From NCBI GenBank assembly GCA_002189035.1, contig NEEC01000146.1, positions 1 to 41,173 on the forward strand: 41,173 nucleotides of DNA, given 5' to 3'. Source of the stretch: Utricularia gibba (taxonomy: Eukaryota > Plantae > Magnoliophyta). The position numbers and the translations under genes were made by a program. Positions 12,901 through 26,165 of this stretch are shown piece by piece; position 1 is the stretch's first letter; the number at the start of each line of letters is the position of its first letter. The notes beneath the pieces are model-generated. The model was given only the letters and a program-made list of their open reading frames with translations, was not told the DNA's origin and searched no databases.

Positions 12901-15900
12901 AACTTCATTAAATGCATCACGATTTTCATCGAGTAGGACCCGATTGGGCTCAGGAGCCAGACCAAACCTTGGGCCCTTACAAAGCTGCCAACGACAGCAC
13001 CCGCCTTAAAACGGCAAGCTGTTGCTTGAAAAACCATGTGGGCAGCCGCCGACAACCCAACGTTAATAAATGCATCACTTCTTTTGTCGGGCTACAGCTG
13101 ACTTTGGGCCCGAGCTCGACCCGAATTCCGGCCGATCTCGGTGACCCACAAAAGCGCCTTCTCAAGTGTATAGCATGCAAAAAAGCATTTGGGGTTCATG
13201 AGATCCTAACTTCAATAAAGGTATCACGATTTTCGTCGAATGGGACCTTATTGTGCTGTGAAGTCAGACCGAACCTTGGGTCCGGACGAAGTTCCCAAAC
13301 AGCACCCGCCAAAAAACGACAACTTTTCCTGAAAAAGCATGTAGGCAGCCGCCGAAAACCCAACGTTAATAAATGCATCACTTTTTTGCCGGGCTAAAAA
13401 TGACTATGGGCCAGAGCGCGACTCGACCATTTGCTCGATACTAGAGCCAGCTTAAGCACCTCGTCAATAAAAATCAGGTTGTTGAGAAAACCATTTGGGG
13501 CGCTCATGACATCCTAACTTCATTAAATGCATCACGATTTTCATCGAGTAGGACCCGATTGGGCTCAGGAGCCAGACCAAACCTTGGGCCCTTACAAAGC
13601 TGCCAACGACAGCACCCGCCTTAAAACGGCAAGCTGTTGCTTGAAAAACCATGTGGGCAGCCGCCGACAACCCAACGTTAATAAATGCATCACTTCTTTT
13701 GTCGGGCTACAGCTGACTTTGGGCCGAGCTCGACCCGAATTCCGGCCGATCTCGGTGACCCACAAAAGCGCCTTCTCAAGTGTATAGCATGCTGTTGAAA
13801 AAAGCATTTGGGGTTCATGAGATCCTAACTTCAATAAAGGTATCACGATTTTCGTCGAATGGGACCTTATTGTGCTGTGAAGTCAGACCGAACCTTGGGT
13901 CCGGACGAAGTTCCCAACAACAGCACCCGCCAAAAAACGACAACTTTTCCTTGAAAAAGCATGTAGGCAGCCGCCGAAAACCCAACGTTAATAAATGCAT
14001 CACTTTTTTGGCCGGGCTACAATGACTATGGGCCAGAGCGCGACTCGACCATTTGCTCGATACTAGAGCCAGCTAAAGCACCTCGTCGAATAAAAATCAG
14101 GTTGTTGAGAAAACCATTTGGGGCGCTCATGACATCCTAACTTCATTAAATGCATCACGATTTTCATCGAGTAGGACCCGATTGGCTCAGGAGCCAGACC
14201 AAACCTTGGGCCCTTACAAAGCTGCCAACGACAGCACCCGCCTTAAAACGGCAAGCTGTTGCTTGAAAAACCATGTGGGCAGCCGCCGACAACCCAACGT
14301 TAATAAATGCATCACTTCTTTTGTCGGGCTACAGCTGACTTTGGGCCCGAGCTCGACCCGAATTCCGGCCCGATCTCGGTGACCCACAAAAGCGCCTTCT
14401 CAAGTGTATAGCATGCTGTTGAAAAAAGCATTGGGGGGTCATGAGATCCTAACTTCAATAAAGGTATCACGATTTTCGTCGAATGGGACCTTATTGTGCT
14501 GTGAAGTCAGACCGAACCTTGGGTCCGGACGAAGTTCCCAACAACAGCACCCGCCAAAAACGACAACTTTTCAAAAAGCATGTAGGCAGCCGCCGAAAAC
14601 CCAACGTTAATAAATGCATCACTTTTTTGCCGGGCTACAATGACTATGGGCCAGAGCGCGACTCGACCATTTGCTCGATACTAGAGCCAGCTTAAAGCAC
14701 CTCGTCGAATAAATCAGGTTGTTGAGAAAACCATTTGGGGCGCTCATGACATCCTAACTTCATTAAATGCATCACGATTTTCATCGAGTAGGACCCGATT
14801 GGGCTCAGGAGCCAGACCAAACCTTGGGCCCTTACAAAGCTGCCAACGACAGCACCCGCCTTAAAACGGCAAGCTGTTGCTTGAAAAACCATGTGGGCAG
14901 CCGCCGACAACCCAACGTTAATAAATGCATCACTTCTTTTGTCGGGCTACAGCTGACTTTGGGCCCGAGCTCGACCCGAATTCCGGCCGATCTCGGTGAC
15001 CCACAAAAGCGCCTTCTCAAGTGTATAGCATGCTGTTGAAAAAAGCATTTGGGGGTGGTCATGAGATCCTAACTTCAATAAAGGTATCACGATTTTCGTC
15101 GAAGGACCTTATTGTGCTGTGAAGTCAGACCGAACCTTGGGTCCGACGAAGTTCCCAACAACAGCACCGCCAAAAAACGACAACTTTTCCTTAAAAAGCA
15201 TGTAGGCAGCCGCCGAAAACCCAACGTTAATAAATGCATCACTTTTTTGGCCGGGCTACGAATGACTATGGGCCAGAGCGCGACTCGACCATTTGCTCGA
15301 TACTAGAGCCAGCTTGGGCCCTTAAAGCACCTCGTCGAATAAAAATCAGGTGTTGAGAAAACCATTTGGGGCGCTCATGACATCCTAACTTCATTAAATG
15401 CATCACGATTTTCATCGAGTAGGACCCGATTGGGCTCAGGAGCCAGACCAAACCTTGGGCCCTTACAAAGCTGCCAACGACAGCACCCGCCTTAAAACGG
15501 CAAGCTGTTGCTTGAAAAACCATGTGGGCAGCCGCCGACAACCCAACGTTAATAAATGCATCACTTCTTTTGTCGGGCTACAGCTGACTTTGGGCCCGAG
15601 CTCGACCCGAATTCCGGCCCGATCTCGGTGACCCACAAAAGCGCCTTCTCAAGTTTATAGCATGCTGTTGAAAAAAGCATTTGGGGCGGTCATGAGATCC
15701 TAACTTCAATAAAGGTATCACGATTTTCGTCGAATGGGACCTATTGTGCTGTGAAGTCAGACCGAACCTTGGGTCCGGACGAAGTTCCCAACAACAGCAC
15801 CCGCCAAAAAACGACAACTTTTCCTTGAAAAAGCATGTAGGCAGCCGCCGAAAACCCAACGTTAATAAATGCATCACTTTTTTGGCCGGGCTACAAATGA

Positions 15901-16769
15901 CTATGGCCAGAGCGCGACTCGACCATTTGCTCGATACTAGTGCCAGCTAGAGCACCTCGTCGAATAAAAATCAGGTTGTTGAGAAAACCATTTGGGGCGC
16001 TCATGACATCCTAACTTCATTAAATGCATCACGATTTTCATCGAGTAGGACCCGATTGGGCTCAGGAGCCAGACCAAACCTTGGGCCCTTACAAAGCTGC
16101 CAACGACAGCACCCGCCTTAAAACGGCAAGCTGTTGCTTGAAAAACCATGTGGGCAGCCGCCGACAACCCAACGTTAATAAATGCATCACTTCTTTTGTC
16201 GGGCTACAGCTGACTTTGGGCCCGAGCTCGACCCGAATTCCGGCCCGATCTCGGTGACCCACAAAAGCGCCTTCTCAAGTGTATAGCATGCTGTTGAAAA
16301 AAGCATTGGGGTGGTCATGAGATCCTAACTTCAATAAAGGTATCACGATTTTCGTCGAATGGGACCTTATTGTGCTGTGAAGTCAGACCGAACCTTGGGT
16401 CCGGACGAAGTTCCCAACAACAGCACCCAAAAAAACGACAACTTTTCCTGAAAAAGCATGTAGGCAGCCGCCGAAAACCCAACGTTAATAAATGCATCAC
16501 TTTTTTGGCCGGGCTACAATGACTATGGGCCAGAGCGCGACTCGACCATTTGCTCGATACTAGAGCCAGCTTAAAGCACCTCGTCGAATAAAAATCAGGT
16601 TGTTGAGAAAACCATTTGGGGCGCTCATGACATCCTAACTTCATTAAATGCATCACGATTTCATCGAGTAGGACCCGATTGGGCTCAGGAGCCAGACCAA
16701 ACCTTGGGCCCTTACAAAGCTGCCAACGACAGCACCCGCCTTAAAACGGCAAGCTGTTGCTTGAAAAAC

Positions 16770-17055
16770 CATGTGGGCAGCCGCCGACAACCCAACGTTA
16801 ATAAATGCATCACTTTTTGTCGGGCTACAACTGACTATGGGCATGAGCCCGACCCGACCTCTTGCCCAATCCTGCCTTCTCAAATATAAAGTAGAGTGTG
16901 GAGAAAAACCATTGGGGCTCATGACATCCTAACACAAAATGCATCACGATTTTCATCGAGTAGGACCCGATTGGGCTCCAGACCGAACCTTGGGCCCTTA
17001 CAAAGCTGCCAACGACAGCACCCGCCTTAAAACGGCAAGCTGTTGCTTGAAAAAC
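16770..17055 (+). repeat. Extra dimer x+y, copy 8
   Basis: Contains GGCATGAGCCCGACCCGACCTCTTGCCCAAT and AAATATAAAGTAGAGTGTGGAG; 286 bp. Confidence 0.87.
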
Positions 17056-20000
17056 CATGTGGGCAGCCGCCGACAACCCAACGTTAATAAATGCATCACT
17101 TCTTTTGTCGGGCTACAGCTGACTTTGGGCCCGAGCTCGACCCGAATTCCGGCCCGATCTCGGTGACCCACAAAAGCGCCTTCTCAAGTGTAAGCATGCT
17201 GTTGAAAAAAGCATTTGGGGGGTCATGAGATCCTAACTTCAATAAAGGTATCACGATTTTCGTCGAATGGGACCTTATTGTGCTGTGAAGTCAGACCGAA
17301 CCTTGGGTCCGGACGAAGTTCCCAACAACAGCACCCGCCAAAAAACGACAACTTTTCCTTGAAAAAGCATGTAGGCAGCCGCCGAAAACCCAACGTTAAT
17401 AAATGCATCACTTTTTTGGCCGGGCTACGAATGACTATGGGCCAGAGCGCGACTCGACCATTTGCTCGATACTAGAGCCAGCTTAAAGCACCTCGTCGAA
17501 TAAAAATCAGGTTGTTGAGAAAACCATTTGGGGCGCTCATGACATCCTAACTTCATTAAATGCATCACGATTTTCATCGAGTAGGACCCGATTGGCTCAG
17601 GAGCCAGACCAAACCTTGGGCCCTTACAAAGCTGCCAACGACAGCACCCGCCTTAAAACGGCAAGCTGTTGCTTGAAAAACCATGTGGGCAGCCGCCGAC
17701 AACCCAACGTTAATAAATGCATCACTTCTTTTGTCGGGCTACAGCTGACTTTGGGCCCGAGCTCGACCCGAATTCCGGCCGATCTCGGTGACCCACAAAA
17801 GCGCCTTCTCAAGTGTATAGCATGCTGTTGAAAAAAGCATTTGGGGGTCATGAGATCCTAACTTCAATAAAGGTATCACGATTTTCGTCGAATGGGACCT
17901 TATTGTGCTGTGAAGTCAGACCGAACCTTGGGTCCGGACGAAGTTCCCAACAACAGCACCCGCCAAAAAACGACAACTTTTCCTTGAAAAAGCATGTAGG
18001 CAGCCGCCGAAAACCCAACGTTAATAAATGCATCACTTTTTTGGCCGGGCTACAAATGACTATGGGCCAGAGCGCGACTCGACCATTTGCTCGATACTAG
18101 TGCCAGCTTAAAGCACCTCGTCAAATAAAAATCAGGTTGTTGAGAAAACCATTTGGGGCGCTCATGACATCCTAACTTCATTAAATGCATCACGATTTTC
18201 ATCGAGTAGGACCCGATTGGGCTCAGGAGCCAGACCAAACCTTGGGCCCTTACAAAGCTGCCAACGACAGCACCCGCCTTAAAACGGCAAGCTGTTGCTT
18301 GAAAAACCATGTGGGCAGCCGCCGACAACCCAACGTTAATAAATGCATCACTTCTTTTGTCGGGCTACAGCTGACTTTGGGCCCGAGCTCGACCCGAATT
18401 CCGGCCGATCTCGGTGACCCACAAAAGCGCCTTCTCAAGTGTATAGCATGCTGTTGAAAAAAGCATTTGGGGTGGTCATGAGATCCTAACTTCAATAAAG
18501 GTATCACGATTTTCGTCGAATGGGACCTTATTGTGCTGTGAAGTCAGACCGAACCTTGGGTCCGAACGAAGTTCCCAACAACAGCACCCGCCAAAAAACG
18601 ACAACTTTTCCTTGAAAAAGCATGTAGGCAGCCGCCGAAAACCCAACGTTAATAAATGCATCACTTTTTTGGCCGGGCTACAATGACTATGGGCCAGAGC
18701 GCGACTCGACCATTTGCTCGATACTAGAGCCAGCTTAAAGCACCTCGTCGAATAAAATCAGGTTGTTGAGAAAACCATTTGGGCGCTCATGACATCCTAA
18801 CTTCATTAAATGCATCACGATTTTCATCGAGTAGGACCCGATTGGCTCAGGAGCCAGACCAAACCTTGGGCCCTTACAAAGCTGCCACGACAGCACCCGC
18901 CTTAAAACGGCAAGCTGTTGCTTGAAAAACCATGTGGGCAGCCGCCGACAACCCAACGTTAATAAATGCATCACTTCTTTTGTCGGGCTACAGCTGACTT
19001 TGGCCCGAGCTCGACCCGAATTCCGGCCCGATCTCGGTGACCCACAAAAGCGCCTTCTCAAGTTATAGCATGCTGTTGAAAAAAGCATTTGGGGTGGTCA
19101 TGAGATCCTAACTTCAATAAAGGTATCACGATTTTCGTCGAATGGGACCTTATTGTGCTGTGAAGTCAGACCGAACCTTGGGTCCGGACGAAGTTCCCAA
19201 CAACAGCACCCGCCAAAAAACGACAACTTTTCTTGAAAAAGCATGTAGGCAGCCGCCGAAAACCCAACGTTAATAAATGCATCACTTTTTTGGCCGGGCT
19301 ACGAATGACTATGGGCCAGAGCGCGACTCGACCATTTGCTCGATACTAGAGCCAGCTTAAAGCACCTCGTCGAATAAAAATCAGGTTGTTGAGAAAAACA
19401 TTTGGGGCGCTCATGACATCCTAACTTCATTAAATGCATCACGATTTTCATCGAGTAGGACCCGATTGGGCTCAGGAGCCAGACCAAACCTTGGGCCCTT
19501 ACAAAGCTGCCAACGACAGCACCCGCCTTAAAACGGCAAGCTGTTGCTTGAAAAACCATGTGGGCAGCCGCCGACAACCCAACGTTAATAAATGCATCAC
19601 TTCTTTTGTCGGGCTACAGCTGACTTTGGGCCCGAGCTCGACCCGAATTCCGGCCCGATCTCGGTGACCCACAAAAGCGCCTTCTCATGTTTAAAGCATG
19701 CTGTTGAAAAAAGCATTTGGGGCGGTCATGAGATCCTAACTTCAATAAAGGTATCACGATTTTCGTCGAATGGGACCTTATTGTGCTGTGAAGTCAGACC
19801 GAACCTTGGGTCCGGACGAAGTTCCCAAAACAGCACCCGCCAAAAAACGACAACTTTTCCTTGAAAAAGCATGTAGGCAGCCGCCGAAAACCCAACGTTA
19901 ATAAATGCATCACTTTTTTTGCCGGGCTACAATGACTATGGGCCAGAGCGCGACTCGACCATTTGCTCGATACTAGAGCCAGCTTAAAGCACCTCGTCAA

Positions 20001-21436
20001 ATAAAAATCAGGTTGTTGAGAAAACCATTTGGGGCGCTCATGACATCCTAACTTCATTAAATGCATCACGATTTTCATCGAGTAGGACCGATTGGGCTCA
20101 GGAGCCAGACCAAACCTTGGGCCCTTACAAAAGCTGCCAACGACAGCACCCGCCTTAAAACGGCAAGCTGTTGCTTGAAAAACCATGTGGGCAGCCGCCG
20201 ACAACCCAACGTTAATAAATGCATCACTTCTTTTTGTCGGGCTACAGCTGACTTTGGGCCCGAGCCCGACCCGAATTCCGGCCCGATCTCGGTGACCCAC
20301 AAAAGCGCCTTCTCAAGTGTATAGCATGCTGTTGAAAAAAGCATTTGGGGTGGTCATGAGATCCTAACTTCAATAAAGGTATCACGATTTTCGTCGAATG
20401 GGACCTTATTGTGCTGTGAAGTCAGACGAACCTTGGGTCCGGACGAAGTTCCCAACAACAGCACCCGCCAAAAAACGACAACTTTTCCTTGAAAAAGCAT
20501 GTAGGCAGCCGCCGAAAACCCAACGTTAATAAATGCATCACTTTTTTGGCCGGGCTACAATGACTATGGGCCAGAGCGCGACTCGACCATTTGCTCGATA
20601 CTAGAGCCAGCCTAAAGCACCTCGTCAATAAAAATCAGGTTTTGAGAAAACCATTTGGGGCGCTCATGACATCCTAACTTCATTAAATGCATCACGATTT
20701 TCATCGAGTAGGACCCGATTGGGCTCAGGAGCCAGACCAAACCTTGGGCCCTTACAAAGCTGCCAACGACAGCACCCGCCTTAAAACGGCAAGCTGTTGC
20801 TTGAAAAACCATGTGGGCAGCCGCCGACAACCCAACGTTAATAAATGCATCACTTCTTTTGTCGGGCTACAGCTGACTTTGGGCCCGAGCTCGACCCGAA
20901 TTCCGGCCCGATCTCGGACCCACAAAAGCGCCTTCTCAAGTGTATAGCATGCTGTTGAAAAAAGCATTTGGGGTGGTCATGAGATCCTAACTTCAATAAA
21001 GGTATCACGATTTTCGTCGAATGGGACCTTATTGTGCTGTGAAGTCAGACGAACCTTGGGTCCGGACGAAGTTCCCAACAACAGCACCCGCCAAAAAACG
21101 ACAACTTTTCCTTGAAAAAGCATGTAGGCAGCCGCCGAAAACCCAACGTTAATAAATGCATCACTTTTTTGGCCGGGCTACAAATGACTATGGGCCAGAG
21201 CGCGACTCGACCATTTGCTCGATACTAGTGCCAGCCTAGAGCACCTCGTCAAATATAAATCAGGTTGTTGAGAAAAACCATTTGGGGCGCTCATGACATC
21301 CTAACTTCATTAAATGCATCACGATTTTCATCGAGTAGGACCCGATTGGGCTCAGGAGCCAGACCAAACCTTGGGCCCTTACAAAGCTGCCAACGACAGC
21401 ACCCGCCTTAAAACGGCAAGCTGTTGCTTGAAAAAC

Positions 21437-21622
21437 CATTTAGGCAGCTCACTTATTTTCCGGGCTACAACTGACTATTTAAGTTCTCAACCCATTGATG
21501 ACATCCTAACTGCATCACGATTTTCATCGAGTAGGACCCGATTGGCTTGACCGAACCTTGGGCCTTACAAAGCTGCCAACGACAGCACCCGCCTTAAAAC
21601 GGCAAGCTGTTGCTTGAAAAAC
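21437..21622 (+). repeat. Extra dimer x+y, copy 9 (heavily degraded)
   Basis: Only 186 bp. Ordered fragments of x (CGGGCTACAACTGACTAT, TTCTCAA) and y (CCCATTG, ATGACATCCTAAC, GACCGAACC) remain, and a second b1-like tail precedes b2. Confidence 0.65.
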
Positions 21623-24600
21623 CATGTGGGCAGCCGCCGACAACCCAACGTTAATAAATGCATCACTTCTTTTGACGGGCTACAGCTGACTTTGTCCCCG
21701 CCCGACCCGAATTCCGGCCCGATCTCGGTGACCCACAAAAGCGCCTTCTCAAGTTAAAGCATGCTGTTGAAAAAAGCATTTGGGGTGGTCATGAGATCCT
21801 AACTTCAATAAAGGTATCACGATTTTCGTCGAATGGGACCTTATTGTGCTGTGAAGTCAGACCGAACCTTGGGTCCGGACGAAGTTCCCAACAACAGCAC
21901 CCGCCAAAAAACGACAACTTTTCCTTGAAAAAGCATGTAGGCAGCCGCCGAAAACCCAACGTTAATAAATGCATCACTTTTTTGGCCGGGCTACAAATGA
22001 CTATGGGCCAGAGCGCGACTCGACCATTTGCTCGATACTAGTGCCAGCCTAGAGCACCTCGTCAATATAAATCAGGTTGTTGAGAAAACCATTTGGGGCG
22101 CTCATGACATCCTAACTTCATTAAATGCATCACGATTTTCATCGAGTAGGACCCGATTGGCTCAGGAGCCAGACCAAACCTTGGGCCCTTACAAAGCTGC
22201 CAACGACAGCACCCGCCTTAAAACGGCAAGCTGTTGCTTGAAAAACCATGTGGGCAGCCGCCGACAACCCAACGTTAATAAATGCATCACTTCTTTTGTC
22301 GGGCTACAGCTGACTTTGGGCCCGAGCTCGACCCGAATTCCGGCCCGATCTCGGTGACCCACAAAAGCGCCTTCTCAAGTTTATAGCATGCTGTTGAAAA
22401 AAGCATTTGGGGTGGTCATGAGATCCTAACTTCAATAAAGGTATCACGATTTTCGTCGAATGGGACCTTATTGTGCTGTGAAGTCAGACCGAACCTTGGG
22501 TCCGGACGAAGTTCCCAACAACAGCACCCGCCAAAAAACGACAACTTTTCCTTGAAAAAGCATGTAGGCAGCCGCCGAAACCCAACGTTAATAAATGCAT
22601 CACTTTTTTGGCCGGGCTACAAATGACTATGGGCCAGAGCGCGACTCGACCATTTGCTCGATACTAGTGCCAGCCTAGAGCACCTCGTCAAATATAAATC
22701 AGGTTGTTGAGAAAACCATTTGGGGCGCTCATGACATCCTAACTTCATTAAATGCATCACGATTTTCATCGAGTAGGACCCGATTGGCTCAGGAGCCAGA
22801 CCAAACCTTGGGCCCTTACAAAGCTGCCAACGACAGCACCCGCCTTAAAACGGCAAGCTGTTGCTTGAAAAACCATGTGGGCAGCCGCCGACAACCCAAC
22901 GTTAATAAATGCATCACTTCTTTTGTCGGGCTACAGCTGACTTTGGGCCCGAGCCCGACCCGAATCCGCCCGATCTCGGTGACCCACAAAAGCGCCTTCT
23001 CAAGTGTATAGCATGCTGTTGAAAAAAGCATTTGGGGTGGTCATGAGATCCTAACTTCAATAAAGGTATCACGATTTTCGTCGAATGGGACCTTATTGTG
23101 CTGTGAAGTCAGACCGAACCTTGGGTCCGGACGAAGTTCCCAACAACAGCACCCGCCAAAAAACGACAACTTTTCTTGAAAAAGCATGTAGGCAGCCGCC
23201 GAAAACCCAACGTTAATAAATGCATCACTTTTTTGGCCGGGCTACAATGACTATGGGCCAGAGCGCGACTCGACCATTTGCTCGATACTAGAGCCAGCTT
23301 AAAGCACCTCGTCAATAAAAATCAGGTTGTTGAGAAAACCATTTGGGGCGCTCATGACATCCTAACTTCATTAAATGCATCACGATTTTCATCGAGTAGG
23401 ACCCGATTGGGCTCAGGAGCCAGACCAAACCTTGGGCCCTTACAAAGCTGCCAACGACAGCACCCGCCTTAAAACGGCAAGCTGTTGCTTGAAAAACCAT
23501 GTGGGCAGCCGCCGACAACCCAACGTTAATAAATGCATCACTTCTTTTGTCGGGCTACAGCTGACTTTGGGCCCGAGCTCGACCCGAATTCCGGCCCGAT
23601 CTCGGTGACCCACAAAAGCGCCTTCTCAAGTGTATAGCATGCTGTTGAAAAAAGCATTTGGGGTGGTCATGAGATCCTAACTTCAATAAAGGTATCACGA
23701 TTTTCGTCGAATGGGACCTTATTGTGCTGTGAAGTCAGACGAACCTTGGGTCCGAACGAAGTTCCCAACAACAGCACCCGCCAAAAAACGACAACTTTTC
23801 CTTGAAAAAGCATGTAGGCAGCCGCCGAAAACCCAACGTTAATAAATGCATCACTTTTTTGGCCGGGCTACAAATGACTATGGGCCAGAGCGCGACTCGA
23901 CCATTTGCTCGATACTAGTGCCAGCCTAGAGCACCTCGTCAAATATAAATCAGGTTGTTGAGAAAACCATTTGGGGCGCTCATGACATCCTAACTTCATT
24001 AAATGCATCACGATTTTCATCGAGTAGGACCCGATTGGGCTCAGGAGCCAGACCAAACCTTGGGCCCTTACAAAGCTGCCAACGACAGCACCCGCCTTAA
24101 AACGGCAAGCTGTTGCTTGAAAAACCATGTGGGCAGCCGCCGACAACCCAACGTTAATAAATGCATCACTTCTTTTGACGGGCTACAGCTGACTTTGTCC
24201 CCCAAGCCGACCCGAATTCCGGCCCGATCTCGGTGACCCACAAAAGCGCCTTCTCAAGTGTATAGCATGCTGTTGAAAAAAGCATTTGGGGTGGTCATGA
24301 GATCCTCACTTCAATAAAGGTATCACGATTTTCGTCGAATGGGACCTTATTGTGCTGTGAAGTCAGACCGAACCTTGGGTCCGGACGAAGTTCCCAACAA
24401 CAGCACCCGCCAAAAAACGACAACTTTTCCTTGAAAAAGCATGTAGGCAGCCGCCGAAAACCCAACGTTAATAAATGCATCACTTTTTTGGCCGGGCTAC
24501 AAATGACTATGGGCCAGAGCGCGACTCGACCATTTGCTCGATACTAGTGCCAGCCTAGAGCACCTCGTCAAATATAAATCAGGTTGTTGAGAAAACCATT

Positions 24601-26165
24601 TGGGGCGCTCATGACATCATAACTTCATTAAATGCATCACGATTTTCATCGAGTAGGACCCGATTGGGCTAAGGAGCCAGACCAAACCTTGGGCCCTTAC
24701 AAAGCTGCCAACGACAGCACCCGCCTTAAAACGGCAAGCTGTTGCTTGAAAAACCATGTGGGCAGCCGCCGACAACCCAACGTTAATAAATGCATCACTT
24801 CTTTTGACGGGCTACAGCTGACTTTGTCCCCAAGCCCGACCCGAATTCCGGCCCGATCTCGGTGACCCACAAAAGCGCCTTCTCAAGTTTAAAGCATGCT
24901 GTTGAAAAAAGCATTTGGGGTGGTCATGAGATCCTAACTTCAATAAAGGTATCACGATTTTCGTCGAATGGGACCTTATTGTGCTGTGAAGTCAGACCGA
25001 ACCTTGGGTCCGGACGAAGTTCCCAACAACAGCACCCGCCAAAAAACGACAACTTTTCCTTGAAAAAGCATGTAGGCAGCCGCCGAAAACCCAACGTTAA
25101 TAAATGCATCACTTTTTTGGCCGGGCTACAAATGACTATGGGCCAGAGCGCGACTCGACCATTTGCTCGATACTAGTGCCAGCCTAGAGCACCTCGTCAA
25201 ATATAAATCAGGTTGTTGAGAAAACCATTTGGGGCGCTCATGACATCATAACTTCATTAAATGCATCACGATTTTCATCGAGTAGGACCCGATTGGGCTA
25301 AGGAGCCAGACCAAACCTTGGGCCCTTACAAAGCTGCCAACGACAGCACCCACCTTAAAACGGCAAGCTGTTGCTTGAAAAACCATGTGGGCAGCCGCCG
25401 ACAACCCAACGTTAATAAATGCATCACTTCTTTTGACGGGCTACAGCTGACTTTGTCCCCCAAGCCCGACCGAATTCCGGCCCGATCTGGGTGACCCACA
25501 AAAGCGCCTTCTCAAGTTAAAGCATGCTGTTGAAAAAAGCATTTGGGGTGGTCGAATCCTCACTTCAATAAAGGTATCACGATTTTCGTCGAATGGGACC
25601 TTATTGTGCTGTGAAGTCAGACCGAACCTTGGTCCGGACGAAGTTCCCAACAACAGCACCCGCCAAAAAACGACAACTTTTCCTTGAAAAAGCATGTAGG
25701 CAGCCGCCGAAAACCCAACGTTAATAAATGCATCACTTTTTTGGCCGGGCTACAAATGACTATGGGCCAGAGCGCGACTCGACCATTTGCTCGATACTAG
25801 TGCCAGCCTAGAGCACCTCGTCAAATATAAATCAGGTTGTTGAGAAAACCATTTGGGGCGCTCATGACATCATAACTTCATTAAATGCATCACGATTTTC
25901 ATCGAGTAGGACCCGATTGGGCTAAGGAGCCAGACCAAACCTTGGGCCCTTACAAAGCTGCCAACGACAGCACCCACCTTAAAACGGCAAGCTGTTGCTT
26001 GAAAAACCATGTGGGCAGCCGCCGACAACCCAACGTTAATAAATGCATCACTTCTTTTGACGGGCTACAGCTGACTTTGTCCCCCAAGCCCGACCCGAAT
26101 TCCGGCCCGATCTCGGTGACCCACAAAAGCGCCTTCTCAAGTGTATAGCATGCTGTTGAAAAAAG
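21437..26165 (+). repeat. Transition zone between subfamilies (boundaries approximate)
   Basis: Units mix left and right alleles. Right alleles first become stable at about 23.9 kb (a2 tail), 24178, 24619, 24671, 25352 and 26180. Confidence 0.8.

Larger units (their letters stand above)
614..21436 (+). repeat. Left subfamily domain of the array (boundaries approximate)
   Basis: Units mostly carry GACATCCTAAC, GGGCTCAGG, CACCCGCC, TTTGTCGGG, TTGGGCCCGAGCTCGACC (SacI site), GAGATCCTAAC and TAGAGCCAGCTTAAAGC. Eight of the nine hexamers lie here and the ninth is at its right edge. Confidence 0.85.

Noticed and set aside
1239-18480. Apparent linkage of GGGGTTCATG versus GGGGCGGTCATG in a1 with CCGGCCG versus CCGGCCCG in the preceding b2
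   Set aside because: There are several exceptions, and both differences are deletions in G/C runs, the dominant error class here. It is not reliable without reads.
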